IMG/VR virus record: IMGVR_UViG_2737471850_000003
DNA from: a virus
Taxonomy: Duplodnaviria > Heunggongvirae > Uroviricota > Caudoviricetes
Length of the DNA: 4,209 bases
Reading direction: 5' to 3' (one strand)
Below are positions 1 through 4,209 of this stretch, in pieces. Within the stretch, counting starts at the first letter, position 1, and each line of letters starts with the position of its first letter. The translations under genes were made by a program, and so were the position numbers. A model generated the notes under the pieces. That model was not told where the DNA came from. It saw nothing but the letters and a program-made list of their open reading frames with translations, and searched no databases.

Positions 1-363
1 TGATTCAGTAACGATGTTAAATTTGATCCCTACTGTTTCATAAAGAGATTTAAGCAATTCCTTCTGACTAGAACCTTTTTTTTGAATATCTAAAAAACCT
101 GCATATCTGAAGAGTTTCGCGTTCTTTTCACTTCTTGCAATGGCTTTTATTTTTCGTTGATATTGACTTTCGGATAGGTAACCTGCATTAAGTAGATAAA
201 GCGTTTCATCTAAGATAAATCGTCTATCCTCCACTGCAAATTGCTTAATCCATTTGCTGACATGTTCAGAGTTCATACCTTCAGCCGGAGGATATTTATA
301 ATCGCTCAACTTTTCAGCAATTTTATTGATTACTTTTTCACCAGATAAAATATTCGAGGACAT
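1..363 (-). CDS. Hypothetical protein, partial (start codon at 363, 3' end beyond the left window edge; at least 121 codons visible). AT-rich foreign gene of unknown function.
   Basis: Manual translation of the reverse complement gives an uninterrupted frame from ATG (complement of 361-363) to position 1: MSSNILSGEKVINKIAEKLSDYKYPPAEGMNSEHVSKWIKQFAVEDRRFILDETLYLLNAGYLSESQYQRKIKAIARSEKNAKLFRYAGFLDIQKKGSSQKELLKSLYETVGIKFNIVTES... An AGGA Shine-Dalgarno lies about 8 nt upstream of the ATG on the minus strand. Missing from the supplied ORF track because no stop codon falls inside the window. Lys-rich, AT-rich codon usage unlike the neighbouring phage genes. Confidence 0.5.
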   Translation of the reverse strand, partial: MSSNILSGEKVINKIAEKLSDYKYPPAEGMNSEHVSKWIKQFAVEDRRFILDETLYLLNAGYLSESQYQRKIKAIARSEKNAKLFRYAGFLDIQKKGSSQKELLKSLYETVGIKFNIVTES

Positions 364-393
364 AAAAATTCCTTTTCACAACACAGAATCTAA

Positions 394-421
394 AAAATAA
401 GAATACTTTTATTTATTTCAA
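394..421 (-). promoter_or_regulatory. Putative sigma70 promoter for the AT-rich minus-strand gene (-35 TTGAAA at 416-421, -10 TATTTT at 394-399, 16-nt spacer).
   Basis: Hexamers read on the minus strand; 5/6 match to TTGACA and 4/6 to TATAAT; located about 30-55 nt upstream of the ATG at 363. AT-rich context makes chance matches likely. Confidence 0.25.
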
Positions 422-479
422 GTATAGACCGTATATTCAACTACTTTTTTTTATAGTAGGGAGATACCGATCACAATTT

Positions 480-536
480 TTAGATATCTAATGTGATGGT
501 TTAATAACCAGCAGTCTTACGTGTTAATTCACGTAA
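480..536. repeat. Two palindromic elements in the divergent intergenic region: 12-bp perfect palindrome TTAGATATCTAA (480-491) and 7-bp inverted repeat TTACGTG-N6-CACGTAA (517-536).
   Basis: Direct reading of the sequence; both are perfect. Candidate operator or protein-binding sites. Not terminators: no T-run follows the hairpin on either strand. Confidence 0.3.
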
Positions 537-745
537 AAAAACTCATCAAACCTTCCTCTTTTCAGTTAATTCTTTTAAGAATAAACATCAGTAACTCGGG
601 CCGGGCTTAATGATACGGTTGGCGAATCACACTTGTTTCCCCATACGTCGAAACCGTGGGAGGATTTACGCGCAAAGAGCTCAATACGTGGAAGATTACC
701 CAGCAACCGAACCAGCATTTCACGCACGCAGTCTGGTTTACGTGA

Positions 746-1462
746 GTGCTCATGTCGCGGCGAGGTGTAGTGCTGGATGATCGAGGCGTCCTGCTGTGGT
801 GCCCGCTTACCGGGATCGACGTGAGAGCTGTCGAACAGGGGGATGATGCATGGCACAAATTACGGCTCGGCGTCATCACCGCTTCAGAAGTTCACAACGT
901 GATAGCAAAGCCCCGCTCAGGAAAGAAGTGGCCTGACATGAAAATGTCCTACTTCCACACCCTGCTGGCTGAGGTTTGCACCGGTGTGGCTCCGGAAGTT
1001 AATGCTAAGGCGCTGGCCTGGGGAAAACAGTACGAGAACGACGCCAGAACCCTGTTTGAATTCACTTCCGGCGTGAATGTTACTGAATCCCCGATCATCT
1101 ATCGCGACGAAAGTATGCGCACCGCCTGCTCTCCAGATGGTTTATGCAGTGACGGCAACGGCCTTGAACTGAAATGCCCGTTTACCTCCCGGGATTTCAT
1201 GAAATTCCGGCTCGGTGGTTTTGAGGCAATAAAATCGGCTTACATGGCCCAGGTGCAGTACAGCATGTGGGTGACGCGAAAAGATGCCTGGTACTTTGCC
1301 AACTATGACCCGCGCATGAAGCGTGAAGGCCTGCATTATGTCGTGATTGAGCGGGATGAAAAGTACATAGCGAGTTTTGACGAGATGGTGCCGGAGTTCA
1401 TCGAAAAAATGGACGAGGCACTGGCTGAAATTGGTTTTGTATTTGGGGAGCAATGGCGATGA
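746..1462 (+). CDS. exo: Lambda exonuclease (Red-alpha, Exo) homologue with a divergent or truncated N-terminus; possibly a pseudogene.
   Basis: From [48 protein letters not shown]... to the C-terminal ...[11 protein letters not shown] the translation matches phage lambda Exo as I recall it, nearly residue for residue. The first ~11 lambda codons are replaced by non-lambda sequence. The track start at 746 is a GTG directly after an in-frame TGA (743-745); the first ATG is at 752; no convincing Shine-Dalgarno precedes either. Confidence 0.85.
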   Translation: MLMSRRGVVLDDRGVLLWCPLTGIDVRAVEQGDDAWHKLRLGVITASEVHNVIAKPRSGKKWPDMKMSYFHTLLAEVCTGVAPEVNAKALAWGKQYENDARTLFEFTSGVNVTESPIIYRDESMRTACSPDGLCSDGNGLELKCPFTSRDFMKFRLGGFEAIKSAYMAQVQYSMWVTRKDAWYFANYDPRMKREGLHYVVIERDEKYIASFDEMVPEFIEKMDEALAEIGFVFGEQWR

Positions 1463-1641
1463 CGCATCCTCACGATAATATCCGGGTAGGCGCGATCACT
1501 TTCGTCTACTCCATTACAAAGCGAGGCTGGGTATTTCCCGGCCTTTCTGTTATCAGAAATCCACTGAAAGCACAGCGGCTGGCTGAGAAGATAAATAATA
1601 AACGGGGGGCTGTATGCATAAAGCATCTCCCGTTGAGTTAA
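1453..1641 (+). CDS. Lambda exo-xis region small protein, orf60a-like.
   Basis: Position immediately downstream of exo and overlapping its stop, as in lambda. The second ATG at 1459 has a GGGGAG Shine-Dalgarno 8 nt upstream and gives exactly 60 aa, so 1459 is the likelier start. Identity is from gene order, size and recalled similarity, not a search. Confidence 0.6.
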   Translation: MAMTHPHDNIRVGAITFVYSITKRGWVFPGLSVIRNPLKAQRLAEKINNKRGAVCIKHLPLS

Positions 1642-1805
1642 GAACGAGTATCGAGATGGCACATAGCCTCGCTCAAATTGGAGTCAGGTTTGTGCCAATA
1701 CCAGTAGAAACAGACGAAGAATTTCATACGTTAGCCGCATCCCTTTCACAAAAGCTGGAAATGATGGTGGCGAAAGCAGAAGCAGATGAGAGAGACCAGG
1801 TATGA
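1614..1805 (+). CDS. Lambda exo-xis region small protein, orf63-like (63 aa).
   Basis: 63-aa ORF overlapping the end of the orf60a-like gene by 28 nt; G-rich Shine-Dalgarno (GGGGGG, 1604-1609) upstream of the ATG; size and position match lambda orf63. Confidence 0.6.
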   Translation: MHKASPVELRTSIEMAHSLAQIGVRFVPIPVETDEEFHTLAASLSQKLEMMVAKAEADERDQV

Positions 1806-1885
1806 CAACCACTGAATGCATTTTTCTGGCAGCGGGCTTCATATTCTGTGTGCTTATGCTTGCCGACATGGGACTTGTTCAATGA
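1802..1885 (+). CDS. Possible 27-aa hydrophobic micropeptide (MTTTECIFLAAGFIFCVLMLADMGLVQ), translationally coupled on both sides.
   Basis: ATG at 1802 overlaps the orf63 stop (ATGA, 1802-1805); its own stop TGA (1883-1885) overlaps the ATG at 1882 of the next ORF. Hydrophobic core suggests a single transmembrane helix. Not in the ORF track (too short). Could be a chance frame. Confidence 0.2.
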   Translation: MTTTECIFLAAGFIFCVLMLADMGLVQ

Positions 1886-2097
1886 CACCTCAGCAGGAAA
1901 ACGCCCTTCGCAGCATTGCCCGTCAGGCTAATTCTGAAATCAAAAAAGCCAGACAGCAGTTTCCGGATAAAAACGTCGATGACATTTGCCGTAGCGTACT
2001 GAAGAAGCACCGCGAAACGGTAACGCTGATGGGATTCACACCGACTCATTTAAGCCTGGCGATCGGCATGTTAAACGGCTTCTTTAAGGAGCGATGA
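1816..2097 (+). CDS. Exo-xis region protein, orf61-like (93 aa from ATG 1816; 71 aa from the alternative ATG at 1882).
   Basis: ORF in the expected position between the orf63-like and TraR-like genes. Neither candidate start has a strong Shine-Dalgarno; the 1882 start is favoured by its ATGA overlap with the upstream small ORF. Assignment to lambda orf61 is by position only. Confidence 0.45.
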   Translation: MHFSGSGLHILCAYACRHGTCSMTPQQENALRSIARQANSEIKKARQQFPDKNVDDICRSVLKKHRETVTLMGFTPTHLSLAIGMLNGFFKER

Positions 2098-2189
2098 ACA
2101 TGAAAAGCAAAATCATCAGGGAGCTACAGGCTCCTTTTTTATTATTCGCATTCACCCTCAAGCGTATTAACCAACAATTCAGGGATTAA
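2094..2189 (+). CDS. Possible 31-aa small ORF (MNMKSKIIRELQAPFLLFAFTLKRINQQFRD).
   Basis: ATG at 2094 overlaps the stop (2095-2097) of the preceding ORF in the ATGA arrangement; ends 7 nt before the TraR-like start. Not in the ORF track. Speculative. Confidence 0.15.
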   Translation: MNMKSKIIRELQAPFLLFAFTLKRINQQFRD

Positions 2190-2195
2190 TGGAAG

Positions 2196-2414
2196 ATGGC
2201 AGACATCATTGATTCAGCATCAGAAATCGAAGAATTACAGCGCAATACAGCAATAAAAATGCGTCGTCTGAACCACCAGGCTATATCTGCCACTCATTGT
2301 TGTAAGTGTGGCGATCCCATAGATGAACGAAGACGCCTGGCCGTTCAGGGTTGTCGGACTTGTGCAAGTTGCCAGGAGGAGATCGAACTTAAGAACAAAC
2401 AATGGGGATTGTGA
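2196..2414 (+). CDS. DksA/TraR-family C4-type zinc-finger protein (phage TraR-like; position corresponds to lambda orf73).
   Basis: 72-aa protein with a C-x2-C-x17-C-x2-C motif (Cys35, Cys38, Cys56, Cys59: CKCGDP ... CRTCASC) and an acidic N-terminal segment (DSASEIEELQ), as in F-plasmid TraR and phage TraR-like proteins. Confidence 0.75.
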   Translation: MADIIDSASEIEELQRNTAIKMRRLNHQAISATHCCKCGDPIDERRRLAVQGCRTCASCQEEIELKNKQWGL

Positions 2415-2461
2415 TGGCCTCAAAGCAGCAAATTTCAACATCGTCCAACTGAGGTGTAAAA

Positions 2462-2701
2462 ATGTTCAGAATCATTTTTCCTAACACCTGGTACGTCGAC
2501 CACCACGGCACTCCCTGCAAAATCCTGCGTTCTACCCACAACAAAGTTCACTACATCCGAAAAGGCAGAACATGTATCGCCAGCATGTTCCGCTTTAATC
2601 ATGACTTTGAACCTGTGAATAAAGCTGATGCAGATCGGATAGCAGAAGAGATCGAAACGGCAGAACACATTAAGAAGTTACGTGCCATACGCAGGAAATA
2701 G
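2462..2701 (+). CDS. Hypothetical 79-aa protein of unknown function, occupying the position of lambda ea22/ea8.5.
   Basis: Good Shine-Dalgarno (GAGGTG, 6 nt before the ATG at 2462). His/Cys-rich N-terminal half, basic C-terminus (KKLRAIRRK). I do not recognise a family. Confidence 0.5.
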   Translation: MFRIIFPNTWYVDHHGTPCKILRSTHNKVHYIRKGRTCIASMFRFNHDFEPVNKADADRIAEEIETAEHIKKLRAIRRK

Positions 2702-2830
2702 AAAAATTGATAAATTCAATACTGCATTTCTCAGCATTAAATTTATCTCTATGACCAGTCAAGAGATGTACCTGCCATGAGCTTAATATCATGTCAGATA
2801 TATCGGTCACAAACTCCCTCAGCAGCTAAG

Positions 2831-2836
2831 AGGAGG
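2831..2836 (+). promoter_or_regulatory. Shine-Dalgarno (AGGAGG) for xis.
   Basis: Canonical AGGAGG 4 nt upstream of the xis ATG at 2841, within the 139-bp AT-rich intergenic region 2702-2840. Confidence 0.5.
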
Positions 2837-2840
2837 ACAA

Positions 2841-3077
2841 ATGTCTCGACTAATCACTTTACAGGACTGGGCTAAAGAAGAATTTGGGGACTTAGCACCA
2901 AGTGAGCGAGTTCTGAAAAAATACGCGCAAGGGAAAATGATGGCCCCACCCGCTATAAAAGTTGGTCGCTACTGGATGATTGACCGAAATTCCCGTTTTG
3001 TAGGAACGCTGGCAGAACCGCAACTCCCAATAAACGCAAACCCAAAACTCCAACGGATAATCGCTGATGGCTGCTAG
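2841..3077 (+). CDS. xis: Excisionase (Xis-like recombination directionality factor).
   Basis: 78-aa protein immediately upstream of, and overlapping by 11 nt, the integrase gene; N-terminus (MSRLITLQDWA...) and the PP..K.GR segment parallel lambda Xis (MYLTLQEW...PPPVKDGRE). Not identical to lambda Xis. Confidence 0.8.
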   Translation: MSRLITLQDWAKEEFGDLAPSERVLKKYAQGKMMAPPAIKVGRYWMIDRNSRFVGTLAEPQLPINANPKLQRIIADGC

Positions 3078-4209
3078 ACCCCGATCTCACAAAATCTCTA
3101 TACCCAATTTATATTGCAAATTAGATAAGCGAACCGGAAAGGTATATTGGCAATACAAACATCCACTATCCGGTCGTTTTCATAGCTTAGGAACTGATGA
3201 GAATGAAGCAAAACAAGTTGCTACTGAAGCAAATACCATTATTGCTGAACAACGTACCAGACAAATATTAAGCGTCAATGAGCGTCTGGAAAGAATGAAA
3301 GGCAGGCGCTCAGACATTACGGTGACAGAATGGCTTGATAAATATATTTCTATCCAGGAGGACAGGCTGCAACATAATGAACTAAGACCCAACTCCTATC
3401 GGCAAAAAGGCAAACCCATTCGTCTTTTCCGTGAGCATTGTGGAATGCAACACCTCAAGGATATTACCGCACTTGATATTGCCGAAATAATTGATGCTGT
3501 AAAGGCTGAAGGTCATAACAGGATGGCGCAAGTCGTGAGAATGGTGTTGATCGACGTCTTCAAAGAAGCACAACACGCAGGACATGTTCCGCCAGGATTT
3601 AACCCAGCGCAGGCAACAAAACAACCGCGAAATCGAGTAAACCGCCAAAGATTGTCACTGCCCGAATGGCAGGCAATATTTGAAAGCGTAAGCAGACGGC
3701 AGCCCTATTTAAAATGCGGCATGCTACTTGCTCTTGTTACTGGACAACGTTTAGGCGATATCTGCAATTTGAAATTCTCTGATATATGGGACGACATGTT
3801 GCACATTACTCAGGAAAAAACCGGTTCAAAACTTGCTATTCCGCTTAACCTGAAATGCGATGCTCTGAATATTACCCTTCGTGAAGTTATATCTCAGTGC
3901 AGGGATGCTGTTGTTAGTAAATATCTGGTCCATTACCGTCACACTACCTCTCAAGCAAACAGAGGAGACCAGGTTTCTGCAAATACTCTGACAACGGCTT
4001 TTAAAAAGGCCAGGGAAAAATGTGGCATAAAATGGGAGCAAGGAACTGCGCCCACATTTCATGAGCAGCGATCTCTGTCAGAACGGTTATATCGGGAACA
4101 GGGTCTGGATACGCAAAAGTTGTTAGGCCATAAATCCAGAAAAATGACCGACCGATACAATGATGATCGTGGTAAAGACTGGGTTATCGTAGATATCAAA
4201 ACAGCATAG
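3067..4209 (+). CDS. int: Tyrosine site-specific recombinase, lambda Int family (prophage integrase).
   Basis: 380-aa ORF with lambda-Int-like N-terminal arm-binding region (RPRSHK..PNLY...RTGK) and conserved catalytic residues by alignment to lambda Int: Arg228 (TGQR, codon 3748-3750), Lys255 (KTGSKLAIP), His332/Arg335 (FHEQRSLSERLY), His355 (LLGHKS), Tyr364 (RYNDDRG, codon 4156-4158). Stop codon is the last three bases of the window. Confidence 0.95.
   Translation: MAARPRSHKISIPNLYCKLDKRTGKVYWQYKHPLSGRFHSLGTDENEAKQVATEANTIIAEQRTRQILSVNERLERMKGRRSDITVTEWLDKYISIQEDRLQHNELRPNSYRQKGKPIRLFREHCGMQHLKDITALDIAEIIDAVKAEGHNRMAQVVRMVLIDVFKEAQHAGHVPPGFNPAQATKQPRNRVNRQRLSLPEWQAIFESVSRRQPYLKCGMLLALVTGQRLGDICNLKFSDIWDDMLHITQEKTGSKLAIPLNLKCDALNITLREVISQCRDAVVSKYLVHYRHTTSQANRGDQVSANTLTTAFKKAREKCGIKWEQGTAPTFHEQRSLSERLYREQGLDTQKLLGHKSRKMTDRYNDDRGKDWVIVDIKTA

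Noticed and set aside
441-459. Hairpin CTACT-N9-AGTAG and the 517-536 hairpin followed by an A-run, considered as rho-independent terminators.
   Set aside because: Stems are short and AT-rich, and neither is followed by a T-run on the strand where it would terminate; they are better read as possible binding sites.
690-712. Short match (TTACCCAGCAA) resembling part of an IS3-family terminal inverted repeat.
   Set aside because: Only about 11 bp from memory, with no flanking IS-like sequence, transposase ORF or target duplication; too short to call a mobile-element end.
575-879. Minus-strand ORFs of 93 aa (575..856) and 90 aa (607..879) from the track.
   Set aside because: They run antisense across the exo start and the orphan segment, lack ribosome-binding sites, and their translations look like no protein family; most likely chance frames in GC-rich sequence.
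1142-1662. Minus-strand ORFs 1142..1453 (103 aa) and 1336..1662 (108 aa).
   Set aside because: Fully antisense to the conserved exo and orf60a-like coding sequence; shadow ORFs.
2414-2452. 12-codon frame (MASKQQISTSSN) starting at the ATG that overlaps the TraR-like stop.
   Set aside because: Too short to support as a gene; possibly just a reinitiation artefact of the overlap.
1684-2668. Minus-strand ORFs 1684..1869, 2235..2441 and 2435..2668.
   Set aside because: Antisense to the compact + strand gene chain (orf63-like, TraR-like, 79-aa ORF), with no start-site signals; treated as shadow ORFs.
2702-2840. Possible promoter for xis-int in the AT-rich intergenic region (TTGATA at 2707-2712).
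   Set aside because: No convincing -10 hexamer at correct spacing, and no cII-type TTGC-N6-TTGC site found; not supportable from sequence alone.
3180-4062. Minus-strand ORFs inside the integrase gene (3180..3392, 3382..3648, 3826..4062).
   Set aside because: Antisense to a clearly conserved integrase coding sequence; shadow ORFs.

Overview
The window reads as the integration-proximal arm of a lambdoid (lambda-like) prophage, in reverse of the usual lambda map orientation, with every confident gene on the + strand: exo (lambda exonuclease / Red-alpha homologue with a non-lambda N-terminus), a tightly packed exo-xis accessory block (orf60a-like, orf63-like, orf61-like, a TraR/DksA-type C4 zinc-finger protein, one unassigned 79-aa ORF), then xis and a lambda-family tyrosine integrase that ends exactly at the window edge. 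The bet/gam side of the Red module is absent. In its place, upstream of exo, lie about 170 bp of unassignable sequence and an AT-rich segment (roughly 30% GC by eye, against roughly 50% for the phage genes) carrying a divergently transcribed ORF that runs off the left edge. That AT-rich gene is the best candidate for foreign cargo (moron, possibly a defence or toxin gene), but I cannot assign a function from sequence alone and only about 121 codons are visible. Homology calls rest on recalled protein sequences and motifs, not on any search. I found no tRNA, rRNA, CRISPR array, IS element or att site in the window.
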